Below the pieces are notes generated by a model. That model had not been told where the DNA came from. It searched no databases and saw nothing but the letters and a program-made list of their open reading frames with translations. A stretch of 64,000 bases of DNA, taken from the NCBI GenBank assembly GCA_000146465.1, contig CP001946.1; one strand, given 5' to 3'. A program made the translations under genes and the position numbers. Position 1 is the first letter of the stretch. Each line of letters opens with the position of its first letter. Shown piece by piece: positions 23,214 to 32,083 of the stretch.

Positions 23214-24692
23214 CTAGCTTCTAACAGCAGAAGGCTCTCTGACCAATATCTTTTTTGGTCTTCCAGGACCACGCTTAAGCAAGTTCCGATCCGACTGGCA
23301 CTTCACCGGTAGATCGGCCACTGGTATTATATCCTTGAGGTCCTGAAGTCTTGTCTTTGAATAAAGATCGCTAACATACAAGTATGGATCCTCTCCAGAA
23401 TCAAGTATTTTTTTGCAAGCATGTGGGCACGGAATTAGAAACTCCTGGAACTTCCCACACGTACATGTCTGATTCTGTAAATCAACATCGTAGAAAGTAT
23501 CCGCTGTTTCTACAGACGTGTTCTTCTCTATTCTTCGTATAACATTGTTTCCGAACAACCCCTTTCCTTTCCCTTCTCCAAAGCTAGCCTTTTTTCTTTG
23601 GCTCAGATTGTCACTGGAAAGTTTTAGAATCGCACAGACACAATCAAAAAACGGAAGATTGAAGATTCCCAGCCCAATAAACTCTGCATCACACTCACTT
23701 GTATTCTGCATCCCAAGCATCTCCGTTTCGCAGCAGCTCTTCAAGTAGTGTTTTCTTTCCATAAAGTTGAGCTCTGGTGTGCTCCATTCCTTGGAGGTGT
23801 TACATTTGTTCCAGATGTCTTCTACACCATCAATAGACTTATTTTTGTTGTAGTAAAACTTGCATATATCACGGGTTTTCACAAAAAAATCCCTCTCCTT
23901 TCTCCTGAGAATGTTTATAAGCTCGCAATCAAAGTCCACAAGGAAGAATAATTTAGGCATTGAATCAATAAAATACTCAAATGTGCTTTCTCGACTTCCC
24001 GTGTCCGACACCGCGCAGGAGTAAACAATAGGTGACCATGTAGGATCTCGGAGAACTCCCAGCATCGCAAATCCCTCCGTTCTCTTGTATATTCTTATCT
24101 CCACTATTGGAACAAGTACATCAAGATATTCGGGAAAAGAGAAAAAAAACATCTTTTTCTTCTGATGAGCAACTGCACAAGGATTAAGCTCCAAGAACTC
24201 TTGGGAAAACTCCTTGAGTGCCCGGCCAAACAGCTCATCCTTTCCTCCCTCTTCTCCGCAGATCATCTCCATATTCTCCTTTTCTGTCTTATCATTTTGT
24301 CTCATGGCCTTCCATACAGAAAAGTATCCCATCTTTATGTTCATGTCCGCCAAAACAGATAGAATCTCCCCTATTCTTGCATATCTATCTCCTATAGCTT
24401 TCTGAACCTCCATTCGAACCATTTCATCCGGCGATCCGTATTTGGATGTTACTACCGGGCATTTATGGGACAGTCTAATCCTTTTAACTACAAACACCCC
24501 ATCCTTCTTCCTCAACTGTGCAACAATTCTGGCATCACATCCAAATTCCTCTCTTCCCTTACACAGCACAGAAATCGATTTGGGCGTCTCCTCAAGATCA
24601 TAGTTGAGATTGTTTCGCACTGCGTGATCTATTAAAGCCTTCTCAGCCTCTTCTCTTGTGGAAAGTATGTCATTAACGGACAGCCCTTTCAT
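23214..24692 (-). CDS. MULE (Mutator-like) transposase-derived protein with a FAR1-type N-terminal DNA-binding domain, a MULE core and a C-terminal SWIM zinc finger.
   Basis: The N-terminal block is FAR1/WRKY-like (…KSISVLCKGREEFGCDARIVAQLRKKDGVFVVKRIRLSHKC). The MULE core fits the family pattern (CAVSDTGSRESTFEYFIDSM… FFLVDFDCELINIL… ICKFYYNKN). The SWIM motif is CTCGKFQEFLIPCPHACK. No terminal inverted repeats were seen by eye, and the first catalytic Asp region looks degenerate. Confidence 0.7.
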   Translation of the reverse strand: MKGLSVNDILSTREEAEKALIDHAVRNNLNYDLEETPKSISVLCKGREEFGCDARIVAQLRKKDGVFVVKRIRLSHKCPVVTSKYGSPDEMVRMEVQKAIGDRYARIGEILSVLADMNIKMGYFSVWKAMRQNDKTEKENMEMICGEEGGKDELFGRALKEFSQEFLELNPCAVAHQKKKMFFFSFPEYLDVLVPIVEIRIYKRTEGFAMLGVLRDPTWSPIVYSCAVSDTGSRESTFEYFIDSMPKLFFLVDFDCELINILRRKERDFFVKTRDICKFYYNKNKSIDGVEDIWNKCNTSKEWSTPELNFMERKHYLKSCCETEMLGMQNTSECDAEFIGLGIFNLPFFDCVCAILKLSSDNLSQRKKASFGEGKGKGLFGNNVIRRIEKNTSVETADTFYDVDLQNQTCTCGKFQEFLIPCPHACKKILDSGEDPYLYVSDLYSKTRLQDLKDIIPVADLPVKCQSDRNLLKRGPGRPKKILVREPSAVRS

Positions 24693-25128
24693 TAAGGGGT
24701 TTGTTATTCAACAGCTTTTATTCTTTACAACAGACAGATGGGCTATAGCTTTGTTTCTCAGCCTCCCAGAAACACCAACAATAATGCCATTAGGACTTCC
24801 TAAAGACGCTCATACTTATTTTTGTCCCTATCCTTCCCCTTTGAGCAGTATATGCAGCATATTTTACTCTTCTTCTTTCCTAATCCCTCATTGTCAACAG
24901 TTTCCTTTGTCCAAGTCACACGCCTTGTTTTTATCAGCTTTAGCTTCATCTTGGTTACTGTCACTGTGCTTGACATATCCTAGGGTTTGTTTTCTATAGA
25001 ATATAAATGGATCAAAGCTACCCATAACCATCCTTCTTATTACACATTGTCTAGCCGTAAGTGCACTAATGTGTTGTAGCTATACCATTCCAGTCCATTT
25101 CTTTATTAAACAAAAAATTACCCACGAA

Positions 25129-27312
25129 ATGAGAGAGTACAGGCTGAAGTCAGTAATTCCAACGGAATCCGAATCAAGGGGACTTTACTATGATGGAGAA
25201 GTCTATTTTTCGTCCAATAATCATCTATTCAAGGCTTCCAGGGGAAGATATACCAAGATATGTGATGTTGGGGGAACCATCATTGACTTCAGTATATCAG
25301 AGAAATTCTTCATAGTCACAGAGGAAAGGATGTACATGAATAACGAAAACAGAATGGTTGGATCTCTCAAAAGAAGGTTTTCCTGCATGGCAATCAACAA
25401 AAATCTGATGGCAGCAGGATACTCCAACGTCCTAGAGATATGGAATGTTCCTAAGGAATTCAAGTTGCCCTTGTTTGATCTCCATTCAAGACATCTTGGG
25501 CACTTTCTAGAAATCACAAGTGTTAAGTTCCTGAGCGATAATCTGGTTCTAACAACCAGCAGAGACTGCACTGTAAGGATTTTTGATATTCTTGAAAACA
25601 AATCTAGCCGACTGTGCAATACAATGAGTGTTCCAATCGCGGCATATACCATGGGTGGAGAAAATAAGGAGCTAATTGTTATTTGCGAGGATGGAACTTT
25701 ATTGTATTTTGAGATTGATGGAGAAAACATTATTTCCAAAGGAATTGTGCATCACAATTCGAAAGTTTTGGCTTCCAGTAGTAGTTTAGGCTTTGTGGCT
25801 ATTTCCCTTGATAAGGAGTCTGGAGAGAATCTGCTTATCTACAATGGACAAGAAATGGTTTACTCTGCATCAGTAGAACATAAGATTCTGAGTATTTATC
25901 TCCATGAGGATTCTATTGCAGTGAAGGGCCCTAAGTTTGTTGGAATATACAGCCTATCACTCAACCTGTTTGTATTTGAGTTGGATCTTCCCCGAATAAT
26001 GACGATGGATGTAAAAAAGGATATGATAGCTGTTGGATGCTCTGACAAGAAGGTAAGAATCTACGATGGAGAAAGATGCATCCACACATTCTTCGACTCA
26101 AATGCCACTCATGCAGTTTTCGGAGTGCATATTCTTCAAAACTCTGTTCTGTGTCTTTATCTCGATGGAAAAGTATCTATTTGGGATATAAAGAACGGAA
26201 TTTGCTATAGATCATTTGAAATTCCAGTAAGAATATCGGCTTCAGAGGTTAGTGATGATAATCTTCTACTGTTTATTGCAGACTTCAATAACTATTCAGT
26301 AAGGGTGATAGATCTCCAGAGGGGGAAGGAGATTGATACTCTTCAGGGCCATGAAGGTCCTATATTTAGGATGAAATGGGATGGGGATTCTTTATATACA
26401 CTGTCCTATGACAACACAATCAAAAAATGGAATGTTTATTCCCAAACGGTTACTGAACTGCAGTCCAGAAAGATGGCCACTGGATTTTCAGTGAGAAATG
26501 GCAAGCTCTGTGTGGCCACGGTGGACGAGTTAAGTATCTATGACTCTGGCTTCAATTATGAAAGAGGAATCAAGGTATCTTTAAAGGCTAGAAAGAGAAA
26601 TGAAATATTCATAAGCGAGAAGCCTGTGGAAAGCCTAGATTTCACATTCGACAACAGATTTATAATCTCGGGAGGAGAAGCAAATACAATGCAGATGATA
26701 TCCACAGAAACAGGCGACGTTGCTCAGGTGCTTCGAGTTTCCGACAATAGAGAATGGGAAAACTATAAAGAAGTTCTTGGGAAGGAATCTTCTAAATCCT
26801 TTGATAAGACAAAGATCATTGAGGTTTTAAAAATAATGCACAGCAGCACCCAAAGGGAGTTCTATGTCCTTACACGAGAGGGAGTAAGCATCTATGAACC
26901 TTCGCTTGTCAAATTTATTCCACTTCGCTTAGATGTGTCTTTAACACCAGAGTCGATCAAAGAGTATTTGGACCATGGAGAATACTTGAAAGCAGCAATA
27001 GGATCTTTGAAGATCAACGAATACGAGATTGTAAAAGAGGTTTTGCTTTCTTGTCCATACAACCGAATAGAGGGGGTTGTTAAGCATTTGGATGCAGTAT
27101 TGGCCGAAAATCTAAGGCTTGTAGTATCAAAAATGCTTGATAGCCCAATCCACCATTCGACAGCAATCAAATGGCTGAAGTCCATTGTTTTTTATTTTGG
27201 GTCGTCTAAAACACAAGGCACAGAACTGCATAAACTTAGGAGAGAAATTGACTTGACACTAAAAATAGGCAAGTTGAACAAGTCAATGCTGCTCAATATC
27301 ATCGAGAAATGA
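25129..27312 (+). CDS. WD40-repeat protein with a C-terminal helical Utp12-type domain. It is a candidate SSU-processome (UTP-B) component, Pwp2- or Utp12-like.
   Basis: WD repeats run through the N-terminal ~500 aa (SRDCTVRIFD, LSYDNTIKKWN). The C-terminal alpha-helical region is typical of Pwp2/Dip2. The start was moved to the internal Met with CCC at -10; the track ORF starts at 25069. Confidence 0.55.
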   Translation: MREYRLKSVIPTESESRGLYYDGEVYFSSNNHLFKASRGRYTKICDVGGTIIDFSISEKFFIVTEERMYMNNENRMVGSLKRRFSCMAINKNLMAAGYSNVLEIWNVPKEFKLPLFDLHSRHLGHFLEITSVKFLSDNLVLTTSRDCTVRIFDILENKSSRLCNTMSVPIAAYTMGGENKELIVICEDGTLLYFEIDGENIISKGIVHHNSKVLASSSSLGFVAISLDKESGENLLIYNGQEMVYSASVEHKILSIYLHEDSIAVKGPKFVGIYSLSLNLFVFELDLPRIMTMDVKKDMIAVGCSDKKVRIYDGERCIHTFFDSNATHAVFGVHILQNSVLCLYLDGKVSIWDIKNGICYRSFEIPVRISASEVSDDNLLLFIADFNNYSVRVIDLQRGKEIDTLQGHEGPIFRMKWDGDSLYTLSYDNTIKKWNVYSQTVTELQSRKMATGFSVRNGKLCVATVDELSIYDSGFNYERGIKVSLKARKRNEIFISEKPVESLDFTFDNRFIISGGEANTMQMISTETGDVAQVLRVSDNREWENYKEVLGKESSKSFDKTKIIEVLKIMHSSTQREFYVLTREGVSIYEPSLVKFIPLRLDVSLTPESIKEYLDHGEYLKAAIGSLKINEYEIVKEVLLSCPYNRIEGVVKHLDAVLAENLRLVVSKMLDSPIHHSTAIKWLKSIVFYFGSSKTQGTELHKLRREIDLTLKIGKLNKSMLLNIIEK

Positions 27313-27365
27313 CTTTCTAAACACTATCGTACAATATGATTGGTCAATAGAATGCCTGTCAACCA

Positions 27366-27788
27366 GTGGAGTCGAAGATTTTCAAGGTAAAAAGAATATT
27401 AAAGAAAGAGACAAATTTCGAAATGTGTTGCGGCAATTTTTACTGCTTTACGTTTGGATGCATCAGTATACCGGAAAAGATCGACGTCCCAGAGGGATAT
27501 CCAGAACCTGCAAAGAAGTTCCTGTGTCCCTACTGCGGATGCTTAACCGATTCTGTATATAGGAAAGACAAATACTTTTTTAGCATATGTTTTATTCCAT
27601 GTATCCCGTGTAAAGAGAGTTCTCCATATCTCTCCTGCACTAGTTGTAAAAGAAATCTGGGGAGTATTGGAGACTACAGATGTAAGAAATGTGGAGTGGC
27701 CACAACCTTCGAATCAAATAATTGCCCTAACTGCGGAGGAGAAAAAACCCAGTCAAGTGGCGGATACAGAAGACTGGACATGGTCTAA
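27366..27788 (+). CDS. Cys-rich zinc-ribbon protein of 140 aa, possibly LITAF-like.
   Basis: It carries several CxxC pairs (CPYCGC…CIPCK…CTSCK…CKKCG…CPNCGG) with a hydrophobic stretch between the first pairs. Confidence 0.45.
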   Translation: MESKIFKVKRILKKETNFEMCCGNFYCFTFGCISIPEKIDVPEGYPEPAKKFLCPYCGCLTDSVYRKDKYFFSICFIPCIPCKESSPYLSCTSCKRNLGSIGDYRCKKCGVATTFESNNCPNCGGEKTQSSGGYRRLDMV

Positions 27789-27861
27789 GTAGGCAATTAA
27801 GATAATTGATTAAAGGTTTTATTGTCTTGCTCGTTTTCTCGAGCCTTGCCTGCAAAGGGGC

Positions 27862-29139
27862 TTAATTCTTCTGTAGAATGTCTATCAGCGTCCTTATGGT
27901 CCCCACCAAGGCTGCACTTGTAAATATCATTGCGAGGATGCAGACGGCTGTAAAGAACTTAATCTTCTTAGATGCAAAGATATAGCATATGAACGGGTGA
28001 TATACTAGCAGAGGAGTCATTCCAATCACAAAAAGCACCACATAGAAATGGAAAGGCCCGATGATCTCGTTGAAAAGGACCTGGATGAACACTATGCTTA
28101 GCACAAGGAGAGATAATAGCCACAACCTGGTGTCTCCTTCTGCATTCACCAAGTTTTTAAAAGACTCAACAAAAGAATCAAATTGTATCACAAATAACGA
28201 AATGCATACTATTGGAATAAGAATGCACATCACTTTGGTTGTGATACAATACTTATCAATTGTAGATGTCCTCAGGTAGGTGTTCAACTTTGATGACCTA
28301 AGGAACATAAGATTCAGAATGTCCAACGAGTTGTAGCTAGATCTTATCCACCTTGCCAAGTGTAATAGAACTAAATACATTCCAGAGACAGACAATGAGC
28401 TCGTAATAGCAACGTATTTGGCACTTTCCCTATGCATGGATTCCCCTATGATTTTGACTCCTCCAGATATGAACTCCGCCGTATAAAATGCTATGGTGGT
28501 TACCCAAAAGAACGACGGTAGGAGGCTTCCTTGAGAATATGATGGCTTTGGAAGTGCCGAGTTTATTCCTAGGAAGTACCCTGCGATTATGGCAACTATA
28601 AAAAGGATACTGGCCGATGCAGAGATAATAAGAAATATCTTCCTACTGAAGGTGGAAAAGACATATAGAGTCAGCCCCACCAGTGCCAATCCTAACCCAA
28701 ATAATATCTTGTATATAGCCATCGACTTTCTGATTTCGTCCAGGAAGGGAAAGTAGATAAACAGTACGTTGAAAAAGACGTCCACTGTGATAAGAAGTGT
28801 TGTGTATTTCAAAACAGCAGAAAACACATCAACAGTTTTCGACAAGGGCCCGCAAAATCCCCTCGAAATATCTCCCAAGGACTTCAACTTCTCTTCGCTT
28901 CTCTTTTTCCCTATGTACTCCACTATGTATAGAGATAGTCCCATAAGTATTCCAGATGCAATTATTCCGTAGGTATAGTATTCTGTTTTTACTCCTTTTG
29001 TAAAGTATGTCAAGGACAAGAACACGGGAATTATAGGTGAGGTCCCAATTATCTTGTAAGACTGCCCAAGTGTAGAGCAAAGACGATTTCTTGGTTCTTC
29101 CATGTGTTTATTCGGCGAAAACAATAATAAGAAAAACAT
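27862..29139 (-). CDS. Amino acid permease (AAAP-type), multi-pass membrane protein. It is paralog B, in inverted orientation relative to paralog A.
   Basis: It has about 11 hydrophobic helices and shares segments with 21871..23151. The true start may be the internal Met (MEEPRNRL, about 29103). Confidence 0.65.
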   Translation of the reverse strand: MFFLLLFSPNKHMEEPRNRLCSTLGQSYKIIGTSPIIPVFLSLTYFTKGVKTEYYTYGIIASGILMGLSLYIVEYIGKKRSEEKLKSLGDISRGFCGPLSKTVDVFSAVLKYTTLLITVDVFFNVLFIYFPFLDEIRKSMAIYKILFGLGLALVGLTLYVFSTFSRKIFLIISASASILFIVAIIAGYFLGINSALPKPSYSQGSLLPSFFWVTTIAFYTAEFISGGVKIIGESMHRESAKYVAITSSLSVSGMYLVLLHLARWIRSSYNSLDILNLMFLRSSKLNTYLRTSTIDKYCITTKVMCILIPIVCISLFVIQFDSFVESFKNLVNAEGDTRLWLLSLLVLSIVFIQVLFNEIIGPFHFYVVLFVIGMTPLLVYHPFICYIFASKKIKFFTAVCILAMIFTSAALVGTIRTLIDILQKN

Positions 29140-29241
29140 GAAACACGTGTCACTAGTTCAACCTCTCTGCGGTTTCAGAAGCTTCCAATCTTGGAGCCCT
29201 TTTTTGGATTAGATATCAGAAGTAAAACGATCAGATTTGGT

Positions 29242-31584
29242 TCATCTTTCAAAGATGGTAAATCCAAGAAGGGTAGAGTAAATCCCATCGATGGAATCCG
29301 AGTACTTCTCTGTAACCTTGTAGACCTTATCCAAGACTTCACTGCTCATTTTCCATCCTCTTCTAAGGCTCTCCTCTATAAGCCATTGTATGACAACACA
29401 GTTCTTGAATGTCCCTTGTTTTAGAATAAGGTCAAAGAACATTTTATGCTTGTCTTCAAAAATAGTGAAAATTTCGTTGGATCTTTCTCTATGGCACCTC
29501 ACTATCATTCTAAATAATTGTTTGTAATCGTCTGTCCTAGAGAGTATTTCAACAGCTTTGACATTAAGATTATTTCGAAGGCATCTTTCCAGCTCGATGG
29601 TTTGCATTTCCTTTTCATTCTTCTTTGCAATGGTCCTGTTTAACACTTCCTGAGAGTCGTCTTGAAAAAAAGCTATTAGTCCGTTTCCAGATGTTATGAG
29701 AAGGGATCCACTGATAAAGGCCCATACCCGGTCTCTGTGAACATCAATGTTCATTTCACATGTTCTCTTTTTAACATTCCAAACTTTCATTTCCCCAGTA
29801 GCACATCCGGAAATAAACCTTTCGTCATTTCTGTAGAACTGCCCCTTCAGAACAGCGCTTCTGTGTGCTGTAAGCACCCCAACACACTCAAAAGTCTCTA
29901 TATCCCAAATCCTTACTGTGGTATCTGCAGAACATGTTGCCATCAGATTTTTGCCAAAACTCACACTCCATACACCCTTTGTGTGCCCCGAAAGCACCTG
30001 AAGGATTCTTCCTTCAAAGTTAAAAACCTTTGCCTTCTTATCTTGGGAACATGTTGCAATGAGTCTTCTTTCCTCGTTGATTTCAACACTGTTAATCTCC
30101 TTGTCATGGATTCTTTCCATGAACACATTATCTTTGTAGTCCCATATCTGCAGAATCTGATCGCTTCCAACAAGTACAAAAATAGAAGCTCCAAGAACAC
30201 ATCCGTTGAGTCCTCCAAGACCATTCTCAAGTGTCTTAATTCTCTTCAAAACCACACTTTTCTCTTCTCTGTTTTCTGTATCTTTCAAAACAATCTTCCA
30301 AAGAATGGCTTTCTTGTCTCTTGAGGTTGTCATCAAGAAGTTTCCATTGATTGAGAGTGACATAATGGCTTCCGAATGTGCTGGAACAATATCTCCATTG
30401 AATGCATAGCTTCCTTCTCCCCCATCTACAAATGTGTATCTCAACCTTCCACTATTTGTGGCAACAAACAGTACGTCATTCCACTTCTTCATGTCCGTTA
30501 TCTCATCATTATTCCCAATAATAACAGAAGTAACCCTCAAACTTTCGTCAACAAGAAATATTTCCTGCTCGCTTGTTACTATAACCCCCTGAGACATCCC
30601 TTCAACAATCACCTCATCGTCCACTTTGATTTCTTCTTCCACCACAGTATTTCTCATATCAGAAACATGTTTTCTTTTCTTGTATCCGTCATCTGTTCCA
30701 CTTTCGTCTTCGTAGCAATCGTCACTGTTCTCTCCGTAAATCTCACACCGTTCTTTTCCATTTGGAAACCCATTCTCTTCACTCTCGTCTTCAAAACTTC
30801 CATCTTCTTTCCTAAACCGAAGCATACTCTGCGATGATCCTTCTCTTTCCGCGAGAATGTCCCTTTTATATTGAATCTTTCCATCATAGTCATATACATG
30901 GACTATTAAGCCTTTCCATATATACAAAAACTGCCCATCTCCTACCATAAAGTCACACTTTGTGTCCAATGCCACCTTCTTAGACTTTTCCAAGATCTTT
31001 AAAACCCCTTCTCGCGTGACTGCACAAACATGGCGTCCATTATATCCTATTCCCACTACCTCCGGCTCATGATACTTCAAAAGCTCTTCTCCTCCTTTAT
31101 AAATCCACACCTCATTAGCATCTGCAGAACACACCATATTTCCAAACCTTTCTAGCTTTCTTATCATGCTGTCCATTCTATAAGACCATAAAGGTGCCTT
31201 GCTAACCAGATCTATCTTGGAAACGGATCCGTCAACCCTTCCGACCACAACAGAAAAGGCACTAAATCCTTCATCAGAAACCACTAGCTCATCCACAACC
31301 ATACTGCACACCTCTATTTTTGAAAACTGAACAACATCTTCTACAACTCCCTTTGCAAGATTATAGATAACTATCCCTTTCGAACATGCAACTATGTATC
31401 CATCCCTTACATCAAAGCACTTGAGGGAATCAAACGGTATTTCTCTAAGAATTTGGAATGTCTTAACATCAGTCTCCACTATTAGATCATTGAATTGTGT
31501 ATACAATATGTCTCCTTGTCTCTTTGGAACTCCTGTTGTTAGTATTGGCTTCATCTGTTTCTTCAAATTAAAATGCACCTTCAT
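29242..31584 (-). CDS. WD40-repeat protein with a Utp13-type C-terminal domain (TBL3/Utp13-like SSU-processome component). It carries an acidic insert.
   Basis: WD repeats are present (GHTKGVWSVSF, CSADTTVRIWD, GCATGEMKVWN). The C-terminal helical region ELERCLRNNLNVKAVEILSRTDDYKQLFRMI resembles the Utp13 domain. The Asp/Glu-rich insert is EDESEENGF…DDCYEDESGTDDG. Confidence 0.55.
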   Translation of the reverse strand: MKVHFNLKKQMKPILTTGVPKRQGDILYTQFNDLIVETDVKTFQILREIPFDSLKCFDVRDGYIVACSKGIVIYNLAKGVVEDVVQFSKIEVCSMVVDELVVSDEGFSAFSVVVGRVDGSVSKIDLVSKAPLWSYRMDSMIRKLERFGNMVCSADANEVWIYKGGEELLKYHEPEVVGIGYNGRHVCAVTREGVLKILEKSKKVALDTKCDFMVGDGQFLYIWKGLIVHVYDYDGKIQYKRDILAEREGSSQSMLRFRKEDGSFEDESEENGFPNGKERCEIYGENSDDCYEDESGTDDGYKKRKHVSDMRNTVVEEEIKVDDEVIVEGMSQGVIVTSEQEIFLVDESLRVTSVIIGNNDEITDMKKWNDVLFVATNSGRLRYTFVDGGEGSYAFNGDIVPAHSEAIMSLSINGNFLMTTSRDKKAILWKIVLKDTENREEKSVVLKRIKTLENGLGGLNGCVLGASIFVLVGSDQILQIWDYKDNVFMERIHDKEINSVEINEERRLIATCSQDKKAKVFNFEGRILQVLSGHTKGVWSVSFGKNLMATCSADTTVRIWDIETFECVGVLTAHRSAVLKGQFYRNDERFISGCATGEMKVWNVKKRTCEMNIDVHRDRVWAFISGSLLITSGNGLIAFFQDDSQEVLNRTIAKKNEKEMQTIELERCLRNNLNVKAVEILSRTDDYKQLFRMIVRCHRERSNEIFTIFEDKHKMFFDLILKQGTFKNCVVIQWLIEESLRRGWKMSSEVLDKVYKVTEKYSDSIDGIYSTLLGFTIFER

Positions 31585-31656
31585 ATGCTTCTTCAGTGGG
31601 CTAGAAAATATTTCTGAAATTCAACCGCGAACTACCTCATTGTTGAAAGCCCTTTC

Positions 31657-32019
31657 CTAACCTTCTTTCATGCACCGGATGAATCTAAACCGATCAAATA
31701 GGAGGAAGATGGCATTGTTATATTTGTAGAAAATATTGCTTTCTGCGCTTTGAATGTCTTCTAGGACATAGATCAGATCATGTCCTTTGAAAGCCTCGTA
31801 TATTTCCTCCCTACACTTGGAAACATCGTACACAACAAAAACTTCTTTTTTCACACCAACGAACAGCTTGTGCACCAGCGGAATCTTTCCACAAAAGTCA
31901 AAAACAGCTATAGTCACACCCATCCTCTTTATATCCTCCATTTGCATTCTAATCTCCTTTAATTTCAAAATTTCAACAACTCTTTCGACATAGTATTCAT
32001 ATATGTCCACCGGTTTCAT
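31657..32019 (-). CDS. Hypothetical small protein of 120 aa.
   Basis: It is an intact ORF with CCC at -2..-4. No motif was recognised. Confidence 0.4.
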   Translation of the reverse strand: MKPVDIYEYYVERVVEILKLKEIRMQMEDIKRMGVTIAVFDFCGKIPLVHKLFVGVKKEVFVVYDVSKCREEIYEAFKGHDLIYVLEDIQSAESNIFYKYNNAIFLLFDRFRFIRCMKEG

Positions 32020-32083
32020 AGGGACTATTACAGCTTCAAATATCTCCTTGCCGTCTTTTATACCCCTTTGTCCCCATCCCTAG

